Shown here: piece after piece, positions 7,811 through 15,929 of the stretch
Numbering within the stretch: the first letter of the stretch is position 1
Layout of the letters: every line of letters starts with the position of its first letter
Source of the DNA: a virus
Lineage: Duplodnaviria; Caudoviricetes
Virus record (IMG/VR): IMGVR_UViG_3300017903_002919
Location: 1-26,723 of that record
Reading direction: 5' to 3' (one strand)
Length of the DNA: 26,723 nt
Notes under the pieces: generated by a model
What the model saw: only the letters and a program-made list of their open reading frames with translations
What the model was told of the DNA's origin: nothing
The model's database searches: none
Translations under genes and position numbers: made by a program

Positions 7811-10607
7811 GTTTTTGGAAAGAAGTTTCCCACTTCTGAAAGTCTGGTTCTTGAGCAAACTCCACAGGATTGGGGAGACGCTCAGGACCATGAGAAGCGC
7901 GATCAGAGCTTAAGTCATAAGGCTTAAGACGTAAACCTTTGATAGCCGGAAGTCCCTTAAGAATAGTTGTAGAGCAATGAGGTAGTTTTAAGATGTTGTT
8001 TAGAGTTTCCATAGTTCTCTCAACAAAACGAGGTTTCGCAGCAGGTTTATAACCACACGATTTGCAATAGTTAGCATAACTAGCAAAGAGTTCTGTATAT
8101 GCATTTTTAACGTACATACCTTTTTCAGATTCGTCGGTGCTGGGTCTAGCAGCTCCACGACCGACCACTGTGGAAGAGTTAGGAGCATACAGACAACACT
8201 CCGCCATCCATGAGACATAAGGATTGTTGAAAACGAGAGCGTCTATGTTTGTTCTTGCTAAAGATGGTGCATGTTTAACGGGGTTAGCTAAGGTATCTCG
8301 CATTTCGTCGAAGCTCATCGATAAAGCCCAGCTAACGATCCCAGGCATTTCGACAGCAAACTCACCTTCAAGTCGATCGTCATAGACATCTAAAAGTTGT
8401 CTACGTTTGCTCGGTGCTACGACTTTATCCATCATTATCGTTAGTCGACGACGCTCAAGACCACTCGTGGAGTCGTTAGAACTAATGTGTTCGTTAGAGG
8501 CTATACACACTAAACACTCGGGTTTGAAGCTAATAATTTCTTTTCCGTACTTACGTTCAGCTCGGAGAGTGTCAGAAGCAGACGTTAGTTTTTTTAACAC
8601 GTCCATTCTTTTGTTGTAGTTAGACTCATCAGTTAGAAGAAGAAGACGCTTACCAATAAGGTTATATGTCTCAAACTTATTCATTTCTATGAGTTCGAGG
8701 CTCGATGTGTGAGTGCTTCCGAAACCAGCCAGTGCAATCATTAACTGTTGCATGGTCGACTTTCCTGTTCCACCAGGACCGACTAAATGTAAAAACTTTT
8801 CACCAGACGTATATCCAGTAAGAATAGCCCGGCAAAACGCTTGAATTAATTTTTCTTGGTTAGGACGAAGAGAATCCTTCATCCATTGTAAAAATTTAGG
8901 ACAGTCTGCATTTTCATCCCAGTCATAAAAAAGACGACTGCGGAAATAAAGATCTTTATTTTTACCTTCTTCAAACTCAAAAGTTTCGCTGTTTAAAGCG
9001 CCGTTAGAAAACGGGATATATTTTTTGCCAGTTGCGAAAACACTTGTACGACCTCCATCAAGCGACTTCAGCATACGTGCTTGCAGCATTGAATAAACGC
9101 TATTTACTGTCGCAGAGCTGTATTTAGGCAGAACACCTGCCGCAACGAAAGTGTCGAGAGCTTTAACGATTCTCCTTTTAATGTGCATTTCATCTTGAAC
9201 GTACCATGTTCCTAAATCGGTATCATAAGTATAAAAATTATCATGTGTGCTGTCGTATAGATAATCGTCGCCTTGGTTTGTAGCAATGAGCTCAGCTACA
9301 TCATTCTCCGCAAAAGAACGTTGTTGTTGTTGCGTGTTTGATAAATTAACTAGCTGTGCTGGTGTTTGAGGAGTTGACATTTGTTTTTGTGTTGTTGTTG
9401 ATGTTTCCGCCGTGGCGGGTGAATTGATGTCGGTTGAAAATTCTTCGATATTTAGTATCGAATTTCTCGGAGCGGGCTTAGTTTTTTTAAGATTCGCTTT
9501 TGTCTCAGCCGTCGCGACGTTGTCGAATGTTTTTTTGTCGCATTTTTTGAGTCTTTTCCAAGCAGCGAGTTCTTTGTGCTCTGAAGCCATAACCACGGAT
9601 GGCATGACTAACTCGACATCTCTGATGCTGTCTATGATTCTATTGAATTTTCCGTCAACCTCCGCAGGGTACTGATAGACAGCATAGAACACATCATGTG
9701 CTACTGTCAACGGTGAAGTGTTTGATGTGATATTGTTTTCGTTTAACCAGTTAGTCCAACCTAAAATTTCTTTTATCGCTCTTGTGACGGCTGCAGACCT
9801 ATCATCCACAGGCTCTCCGTCGAGGATGTCCCTTACTGATTTAGATAAAAGTTTTATAAAATCCGTACCTGACTCTGCAATATTGATGTTTTGTAAAGCC
9901 TGACTGACGTTACCTTTGTCACCTTTATCCTCTTTTGGTAGTGAGAAATAATGTTTATATGCTTGATCTATTTTGTCTGACGGTATGTATTTATCTGTAA
10001 CTATAAGAATATCAGAGGAAGTTTTAGCGCCATAAAAAAGATTAACAGCCTGAGTTGCTCTTATATCAGAACCAGGGATGTCTTTGGCTACAGCGCGAAC
10101 AAACCACTGATAAAATTCTGGATCAGTAATTTCTTTTTCAAGACCGAAAACTAATCTAAAACGAGGCCAAGTTTTTGATGTTGATGGTGAATTGTAAGCG
10201 AGAGAAAGATATTTTTTACAGATTTCAAGTTCTTGAGCTTGTTGAAAAGTAAGTTCTTGCTTTTGAACTTTGTTTCCTTTTTCGTCCTTATGGTCAGCTT
10301 GGTTGTCAATATCAATAATAATTAAACCAGCTTTGATCGGCGTGGTGTTATTTTTCTCTCGTTTACCGTCAATCAAATGCCAAGCACATAATCCGTGACT
10401 CTTACTAACTTCAGCAGCAATTGAAGTAGCATTTAAATCTTGTTCAACCCAACCATAATTAAAAGCACTGAAGTTACCTCCTTGTTCAATTTTGCCTGTA
10501 CGTTTGTCTAGCGCACCTGCTACTGCCGAGTTTATTGAACAAACAAAATTCATTGGAATGCGTGTCGTGACGGTAGTCTGCCTCATTTCGGGCGTCCCGG
10601 CACCCAT
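7794..10607 (-). CDS. DNA primase-helicase (AEP/prim-pol-like N-terminus, D5-like SF3 helicase)
   Basis: N-terminal IIIDIDN and WPRFRLVF. C-terminal Walker A GPGGTGKST, Walker B LLLLTDES, motif C CIASNE and RRL arginine finger. The true start may be a downstream Met (MNFVCS). Confidence 0.9.
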   Translation of the reverse strand: MGAGTPEMRQTTVTTRIPMNFVCSINSAVAGALDKRTGKIEQGGNFSAFNYGWVEQDLNATSIAAEVSKSHGLCAWHLIDGKREKNNTTPIKAGLIIIDIDNQADHKDEKGNKVQKQELTFQQAQELEICKKYLSLAYNSPSTSKTWPRFRLVFGLEKEITDPEFYQWFVRAVAKDIPGSDIRATQAVNLFYGAKTSSDILIVTDKYIPSDKIDQAYKHYFSLPKEDKGDKGNVSQALQNINIAESGTDFIKLLSKSVRDILDGEPVDDRSAAVTRAIKEILGWTNWLNENNITSNTSPLTVAHDVFYAVYQYPAEVDGKFNRIIDSIRDVELVMPSVVMASEHKELAAWKRLKKCDKKTFDNVATAETKANLKKTKPAPRNSILNIEEFSTDINSPATAETSTTTQKQMSTPQTPAQLVNLSNTQQQQRSFAENDVAELIATNQGDDYLYDSTHDNFYTYDTDLGTWYVQDEMHIKRRIVKALDTFVAAGVLPKYSSATVNSVYSMLQARMLKSLDGGRTSVFATGKKYIPFSNGALNSETFEFEEGKNKDLYFRSRLFYDWDENADCPKFLQWMKDSLRPNQEKLIQAFCRAILTGYTSGEKFLHLVGPGGTGKSTMQQLMIALAGFGSTHTSSLELIEMNKFETYNLIGKRLLLLTDESNYNKRMDVLKKLTSASDTLRAERKYGKEIISFKPECLVCIASNEHISSNDSTSGLERRRLTIMMDKVVAPSKRRQLLDVYDDRLEGEFAVEMPGIVSWALSMSFDEMRDTLANPVKHAPSLARTNIDALVFNNPYVSWMAECCLYAPNSSTVVGRGAARPSTDESEKGMYVKNAYTELFASYANYCKSCGYKPAAKPRFVERTMETLNNILKLPHCSTTILKGLPAIKGLRLKPYDLSSDRASHGPERLPNPVEFAQEPDFQKWETSFQKHDSPD

Positions 10608-10633
10608 TTAACTTACTCTTAAGTTAACGTTTC

Positions 10634-11416
10634 TTAAGTGTTTGTCTTTGTTTCGGTGAAGTATTTGTCGACTAAGGCGAGCCATGCAGCTTCATCTTTT
10701 TCAACTTCAGCTTCACCGAAAGTAAATACTTGAGTTTCGTATTCTTTTAAGGGGGTAGAAACAATGATTTGAGTCTTACTAATTTTAATTCCTAAACATG
10801 TCTCAGCTGCAAGTTTATATGCAGCTAATTGAAGTCTTGTTTTTTTTGCTTTGAAAACTCCTGATATCAAAGCTTTTTTGGTCTTATCATCTACATTTGT
10901 TTTCTTATTAGGAAATCTTGTACTGTATGGACCTGCGCTTGTTTTGAAGTCGGCGAGAATTATTTCTGCATTACTGTCCATATAAATAAGATCACAGCAA
11001 CCTGCATAGCCTTGTTTGTTTTTTTGATCGTAATAAAAGATTCTTCCGACTCCGTCATCACCTACATATTTTGACCAGCTTGGTTGATTGAAGGGACGCT
11101 CTGACCAAAGAACTCGACCTCCGTCTAGCAAATCATCAACGCGCTCTGGCATTCCTCGCCAAAACGGTTCGTACTTTTCCGGAGGCACAACTTTGAGACC
11201 ACGAAGGTGGTTTTCCACGCTGTTGTGGATGAAGTTTCCTCGTTCTGCAGCTTCGTCTGCTGCTCCTGGGTTCATTACATTCCAGTGAGCTAACTTTTGT
11301 TGAGTCTTTGCAGATTGTGTGGCACTTAAGATAGAAGTTACTGAAGGAAGGTAGTCAGGTACACCAGGGCATAAATAGTGACGGAGGCCGTTGATTGTTT
11401 TTCTGGTGTCCGACAT
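10634..11416 (-). CDS. PD-(D/E)xK exonuclease
   Basis: LPSVTSIL, AERGNFIH, WSE, YAGCCDLI, ADFKTS and QLAAY motifs. Confidence 0.9.
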   Translation of the reverse strand: MSDTRKTINGLRHYLCPGVPDYLPSVTSILSATQSAKTQQKLAHWNVMNPGAADEAAERGNFIHNSVENHLRGLKVVPPEKYEPFWRGMPERVDDLLDGGRVLWSERPFNQPSWSKYVGDDGVGRIFYYDQKNKQGYAGCCDLIYMDSNAEIILADFKTSAGPYSTRFPNKKTNVDDKTKKALISGVFKAKKTRLQLAAYKLAAETCLGIKISKTQIIVSTPLKEYETQVFTFGEAEVEKDEAAWLALVDKYFTETKTNT

Positions 11417-11419
11417 AAC

Positions 11420-11725
11420 TCAGAATGATTCGAGGGAATCGTTTTCGCTCACTTCTGTTTGTTCTTCTACAAAAAATTCAGATTTTTGATAATCGAATTC
11501 TTTGTTACGTTGTTCTAGTTCATTTAGAAGACAAAGACCAGCCGAGAATGAGTCAGCGACTAATTCTGCTACGACATCGGCTTCCCGCGCATCTCCACGG
11601 TGGTCTACGCACTCCTGCAGAAGTTGATTGCTGATTAGAAGTGCAGCAATTTTTTCTAGTGCTTTGTTCGTTTTCTGCTGTTCCTCGATGTATTGAGTCA
11701 GCAGAAGTTGTAAGCGTCCTTTCAC
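11420..11725 (-). CDS. Hypothetical protein (acidic tail)
   Basis: 101-aa helical ORF tightly packed in the operon. Confidence 0.7.
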   Translation of the reverse strand: MKGRLQLLLTQYIEEQQKTNKALEKIAALLISNQLLQECVDHRGDAREADVVAELVADSFSAGLCLLNELEQRNKEFDYQKSEFFVEEQTEVSENDSLESF

Positions 11726-11726
11726 T

Positions 11727-12254
11727 TTAAGAAAAAGGTTGCGGTCGCTGCCAGTTTACATCGAAGTTTATGTTTGTATGTTTGTCGTGCGCTTTCAATT
11801 TATCGAATACAAACCACGCAGAAGTTACAGAGTCTTTTGCTTTTTTCTGGTCCGCACGAAATTCAGGGCGAGGATTCAAAATTACCAGGTTACTTAACGG
11901 TCTTTTCTTCAGAAAGTCGACTCTCTTTCTTGTCGGTTCTAAAAAGGTGAGCCTGTCTAAGATTATAAGTCCACGCTTAGCGAGCTCATAACCTGGATCA
12001 AGCACCCAGTCCAACGAGTCTCCTGTGCCTTGCGTTATTGCTATCGTCCAATCAAATACAGGCAGTTTCTGCCACCAATTTTTTTCAATGTGATTCGTGA
12101 ACTCTGAAGCTCTGATCGTGTCGCATATTCCAGCTTCATTAAGTTGTTTTTCAAGGCATCCGTTTAAATCAGTAGGTAGTACAACCTTACCGCTGATTAT
12201 TTTTAAATTCAAAATCGGATTTAAAATTCGTTGTGGGACCTGGTAAAAGCTCAT
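11727..12254 (-). CDS. DNA amino-methyltransferase homologue with degenerate motifs
   Basis: FYQVP, DW.I, L.RLTFLEPT..R, PR..F and DSVTSAWFVFDK match small phage MTases. The EPxxGxG and NPP(F/Y) motifs are replaced by LPTDLNG and AITQG. Confidence 0.6.
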   Translation of the reverse strand: MSFYQVPQRILNPILNLKIISGKVVLPTDLNGCLEKQLNEAGICDTIRASEFTNHIEKNWWQKLPVFDWTIAITQGTGDSLDWVLDPGYELAKRGLIILDRLTFLEPTRKRVDFLKKRPLSNLVILNPRPEFRADQKKAKDSVTSAWFVFDKLKAHDKHTNINFDVNWQRPQPFS

Positions 12255-12492
12255 GGAATCTGAAAATCTCGTCCGGCGCTTAAAAGATTATATGTCCATG
12301 GAGTCAGAGTTCTACCATTTGAAATTTATGGATAAAACAAAGAAGCTGAGAGACGTTGATGAGTTACATGAAATTGTAGACTTGATTCATGCAAATTATT
12401 TAATTCAAAAACAATTGTTTAAAGAGCTTGCTAAGCATATGGCTTCTGAAGGTTATCCGTTGCCGTCCATAACAAAACTTTTGAGCAAATAA
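12253..12492 (+). CDS. nblA: NblA-like phycobilisome degradation adaptor
   Basis: MSMESEF...two helices...LFKELAKH parallels NblA L(S/T)LEQQF...YQELLKH in size and spacing. Judged by eye only. Confidence 0.55.
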   Translation: MESENLVRRLKDYMSMESEFYHLKFMDKTKKLRDVDELHEIVDLIHANYLIQKQLFKELAKHMASEGYPLPSITKLLSK

Positions 12493-12518
12493 AAAGACGG
12501 GTGTTGCGGCACCCGTCT
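12491..12518 (-). terminator. Rho-independent terminator
   Basis: On - strand: AGACGGGTG-CCGCAA-CACCCGTCT followed by TTTTATTT. Lies between the convergent 269-aa gene and the nblA-like gene. Confidence 0.85.
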
Positions 12519-12537
12519 AGTTCCTCTCCCAATTAAA

Positions 12538-13347
12538 TCATACTTCTAGACCAGCTGCTTTAAGTGCTTCCTTCTGTTCCTTAGTCAGTTCTTTAGGTTT
12601 GTCTGACTTAGGCTCTGGAGGTGCCGCCTTAGGTTCGCCCGCTCCAGCAGGAAGAGCGCTAAGACCTTGCGTCTTAGCACTGTCGAGTTGAGGGTGAGCT
12701 TCATCAAAAGCAGCTTTAATTTCAGTGTGATCTGTTCCCAAAGGTAGCTCGACCAGATTTGCACCGGAGATATGGCTACGAAGTGAAGCTGATACCAACT
12801 CTCCTCCGTCGCCATTGAGCCATGTTCCAATATCTTTGATAAGATTCTCTTCTTCGTCACCTTTGAACGGTCGATCAGAGAATTCTAAGACATTGTAGTT
12901 GACCTTTCCGATGTCAGCTCCAGTAGCTTGGTCAGTCTGAGTGAAGCTACGTTGCACAAATTTAGTAGCTGTTACGACTTCCGCCACATTGATACGGTTG
13001 TTATATAACGTCTGAAAGTAAGAGATGAAATTTTTCTGACTGCTCTTACCAGAGATGACGCTAGTTGAAACGCATCGAGGAGGAAGCAAACGATGAGAAG
13101 GAGAAACCCCAATGTAAGCAATCCGAATGAACTCCTCGTGGGAGCGCATACCCAGATTTCCGTAGAAGGGAGTAAACCCGAGGAGAATAAACTCGATGGG
13201 AATACCGTTGTCGTTAGAATCTGTGATCGCTTGATCGGGATCGTTATCACTCTTCCATCGACGTTGCTGAAGATCGATGCGTAGAGTGTGCGGAGGGACT
13301 TGGCAGAGAATTTCATCTGCCGCAAATTTACCTGCGATAAATACCAT
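12538..13347 (-). CDS. Hypothetical replication-associated protein (possible ssDNA-binding/annealing)
   Basis: 269 aa, beta-rich core with a disordered Pro/Lys/Glu tail. Starts 2 nt after the SSB stop. Function inferred from context only. Confidence 0.6.
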   Translation of the reverse strand: MVFIAGKFAADEILCQVPPHTLRIDLQQRRWKSDNDPDQAITDSNDNGIPIEFILLGFTPFYGNLGMRSHEEFIRIAYIGVSPSHRLLPPRCVSTSVISGKSSQKNFISYFQTLYNNRINVAEVVTATKFVQRSFTQTDQATGADIGKVNYNVLEFSDRPFKGDEEENLIKDIGTWLNGDGGELVSASLRSHISGANLVELPLGTDHTEIKAAFDEAHPQLDSAKTQGLSALPAGAGEPKAAPPEPKSDKPKELTKEQKEALKAAGLEV

Positions 13348-13349
13348 GA

Positions 13350-13997
13350 TCAGAGGTTGAAATCGATTGAACCGAGAGCCGCTGCTACGACTTGACCTTT
13401 TTCGGGGTCAGCAGCTTTTTTGGGCGCGGACTTCGTGCCCTTAGGTAAGTAGAGAATTTGGTCTGCTTGGTAGTTCAGATACTGTTTAGAATCTTTTTCA
13501 CTCGTGCTTACACGACCGACTGCGATCGTCGGTGTGCCGTTGGGTAGTTCAGCAAGTTGAGTAGAAAGCTCGTTCCACGCAGTGAGTTTGAACCAATTGG
13601 TTTCTTCTTCGCCAGGAACCTGCCAGGCAATCGATCGATTTGTGACTGTCGATTCACCCACTTCGTTTTCTTGAGACTTAGGACCCAAGCCGCCGCAAGC
13701 CATAAAAGCATTAACGGCAAGAAGATCGGAAAAGTTGTCTTTGGAGATTACCAGCATCGGCTGCATCACAAGCACACCATCCGGCGTGGGTTTGACTGGG
13801 CCAAGTGCTAGTACTTCTTGCTTTTCCTCAAGATTTTGAAGAAGCTTACCAACGTAGTGATCAGCTTTTTGAATTAGTTGGACTTTAGTCAGTACACGTT
13901 TGTTGGATGAAGGCAACGCCTCTGCAATCACATTGGCTTTACCGTCCTCAAGGATCGCCTTGTCGGTGATCCTTATCCCCAATAAGAAGACGTTCAT
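13350..13997 (-). CDS. ssb: Single-stranded DNA-binding protein (two OB folds)
   Basis: C-terminal half ACGGLG...EETNWFKLTAWNELS...L..G....AVGRV is SSB-like. The N-terminal half (MNVFLLG...VLALG.V) looks like a second, diverged OB fold. Confidence 0.75.
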   Translation of the reverse strand: MNVFLLGIRITDKAILEDGKANVIAEALPSSNKRVLTKVQLIQKADHYVGKLLQNLEEKQEVLALGPVKPTPDGVLVMQPMLVISKDNFSDLLAVNAFMACGGLGPKSQENEVGESTVTNRSIAWQVPGEEETNWFKLTAWNELSTQLAELPNGTPTIAVGRVSTSEKDSKQYLNYQADQILYLPKGTKSAPKKAADPEKGQVVAAALGSIDFNL

Positions 13998-14526
13998 TTT
14001 TGAGAGCTCTGTAAATCGTTGAGCGGTGGACTTTTAGGACCTCGGCAATCTGAGTAACAGATACACCTTGGCTTCGGAATGCTAAAACGATTTGTAGGTC
14101 ACCGCCACCAATTTTCGAATTATTACTGTTTAAATAATGGTTATGGTATGGGTTGATGCATTTGATGTTATTGCATGAATTTTTGACGATCTTATCTTTT
14201 TGTATATCGAGATAACCTAATATCAGAGGGCGTATATAAAACCTTTTACTCACCGCATATATAGAAGGCACATTATTAGTAAAAGATCCGTCCCAGATAT
14301 CACATTTCTTGTAATCAAATTTATTAAAAGCTAGTTTTTCGTAGAGTTTACTAAGCTTGCTTTCATTTTTTTTACCGTAAATCAGCTCAAATTTATCAGC
14401 CCCGAGACTTCGACAAATGTCTAACGATTGTGCTTGCGCGTGGCCCGCATCAAGAGCTTTTATTCTGAGCTGAGTTTCAGCTTTTCCGCGTGAAATGAGA
14501 ACTGAATATTCCTCAGAAAACATCAT
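13948..14526 (-). CDS. His-Cys/HNH-like domain + C-terminal HTH DNA-binding protein
   Basis: CDIWDG...NSCNNIKCINPYH is a homing-endonuclease-like zinc loop. GVSVTQIAEVLKVHRSTIYRAL is a resolvase-type HTH. ATG at 14526 (TTG at 14550 possible). AT-rich. Confidence 0.7.
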   Translation of the reverse strand: MMFSEEYSVLISRGKAETQLRIKALDAGHAQAQSLDICRSLGADKFELIYGKKNESKLSKLYEKLAFNKFDYKKCDIWDGSFTNNVPSIYAVSKRFYIRPLILGYLDIQKDKIVKNSCNNIKCINPYHNHYLNSNNSKIGGGDLQIVLAFRSQGVSVTQIAEVLKVHRSTIYRALKNERLLIGDKDHRQGDP

Positions 14527-14563
14527 TAGGTTCGAACCTAAGGAGATCAACTCTTTCCTTAGG
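14526..14563. promoter_or_regulatory. 16-bp perfect palindrome plus overlapping alternative inverted repeat
   Basis: TTAGGTTCGAACCTAA (14526-14541). CCTAAGGA (14537-14544) and TCCTTAGG (14556-14563). Both lie immediately upstream of the HTH gene start. Confidence 0.5.
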
Positions 14564-14632
14564 CTCCATTCGATTAACTAAACGAAAAAGGTTAAACCAG
14601 AACTTAATTTTTGATATTAAATTTATCATCGT

Positions 14633-15898
14633 TTATTTTTTTTTGTTTTTCCGTCTCTTGGCTTTTTTAGCAGCCCTCTTAATTTTGCCTAAATCCTTCA
14701 CGGTTAATTTTTTACCGACGTCAGCTCTTCGAACGATATTTCTTACTTCTTTTTTAGTTGGTCTTTCTCCGGTTTGTTCCTTAATTGTCGCTCTCACTTG
14801 CCTCATAATTGATTTTTCTCCCTCTTCCTTTGGCTTTTGCCTTGCATCTTGGATAACATTCTTTGCTGCCCTTCTATCGTCCCTTTGCTCTTTAGCCCGC
14901 TCGATTAAAAAATTAGTAAACGTCTTTGCATCTTTTTTCGAATCAAAGTTCTGGATGCCTGCTCTACTAATAAGTTTTTCAATCTTTTTGTCGCCGATTT
15001 TACTTGCGTCCTTTTTGCCTCTAGATGCTGTTTGTCTGTTCATTGCAGCCAAGATATTCTTTGCATCACTTGAGCTTTCGTACTTATTAAGCCCTGTGTC
15101 TAACGCTTTTAACGTAACATTTTTTAAACGAATACCTGTCCCTTGTCGCGTATTTGTTGCATTACTTCCAGTCTGACCACCACTAGGAGTAGGAGTAGTT
15201 CCAGTCTGACCACCACCAGGAGTAGGAGTAGTTCCAGTCTGACCACCACCAGGAGTAGGAGTAGGAGTAGTTCCAGTCTGACCACCATCAGAAGAAGGAG
15301 AAGGTGTGGTGATGGTCGAATCTAAATCGCCAGGTCCTGTTTCGCTAACTAAATTACCTGTTCCTGTTTCCATTAAAGGCCCGGTAGAGCCCGTGACTCC
15401 TGACACACCACCAGGACCACTCTCAGCCACTGTGGTCGGACTAGCGTTTACGTTGATATTTGGGTTTTGTGTTTGACTAAGAATAGGATTAAAGTTGACT
15501 ATGTTTCCAATACTTCCGCCGCCGAACTTAGTTTTTTTACTTCCTCGTTGTTGAGGTGAATATGTCAGTCCGTAACCCCGACCTCTGCTCGTCTCAACAA
15601 CTTCGGTTGGAGAAAGACCAAAATTACCTCCAGCAAGCCTACCGTTATTATTAGCCATTTCAGGATTAGCAGTGTTTGAGTTACCTTCAGTTATTATAGG
15701 TTCTCCAAAATAAGATGTATCAACTCGAGGTTGCCCTGGTCCTGTTTGAAAACGATCATCAACTCTATCGCCATCTTGATCGACAAATTCCTGGGTGTGC
15801 ATCGTCCCAGGCTCGGCATCGATTAGTGTACCATATCTTGGCTTGTTTGGCTTATTAGCATTGCCGTTAAGCGCGAAGTCAACAACTGAAGAAGCCAT
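14633..15898 (-). CDS. Low-complexity hypothetical protein (Gly/Thr/Pro linker, very basic C-terminus)
   Basis: 421 aa. DQDGDRVDD motif, GGQTGTTPTP repeats and a Lys/Arg-rich C-terminal third. TATAAT at 15921-15926 (- strand) lies upstream. Confidence 0.8.
   Translation of the reverse strand: MASSVVDFALNGNANKPNKPRYGTLIDAEPGTMHTQEFVDQDGDRVDDRFQTGPGQPRVDTSYFGEPIITEGNSNTANPEMANNNGRLAGGNFGLSPTEVVETSRGRGYGLTYSPQQRGSKKTKFGGGSIGNIVNFNPILSQTQNPNINVNASPTTVAESGPGGVSGVTGSTGPLMETGTGNLVSETGPGDLDSTITTPSPSSDGGQTGTTPTPTPGGGQTGTTPTPGGGQTGTTPTPSGGQTGSNATNTRQGTGIRLKNVTLKALDTGLNKYESSSDAKNILAAMNRQTASRGKKDASKIGDKKIEKLISRAGIQNFDSKKDAKTFTNFLIERAKEQRDDRRAAKNVIQDARQKPKEEGEKSIMRQVRATIKEQTGERPTKKEVRNIVRRADVGKKLTVKDLGKIKRAAKKAKRRKNKKK
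15166..15287. repeat. In-frame tandem repeat (33,33,39-nt period)
   Basis: TTCCAGTCTGACCACCA at 15166, 15199, 15232 and 15271, separated by (GGAGTA)n. Encodes GGQTGTTPTP. Confidence 0.95.
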
Positions 15899-15929
15899 AA
15901 TTTTAACTCTTTCAAAATTAATTATACGG

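Noticed and set aside
10634-11416. Cas4 assignment for the nuclease
   Set aside because: It lacks the C-terminal Cys cluster for Fe-S binding and has no CRISPR context; it is a typical phage PD-(D/E)xK exonuclease.
14643-15176. 177-aa hydrophobic + strand ORF
   Set aside because: Antisense shadow of the Lys-rich 421-aa gene (AAA/AAG codons read as Phe/Leu).
15166-15287. Repeat array as possible CRISPR
   Set aside because: The 'spacers' are themselves (GGAGTA)n, the periods are multiples of 3, the array lies inside a CDS, and no cas genes are present.
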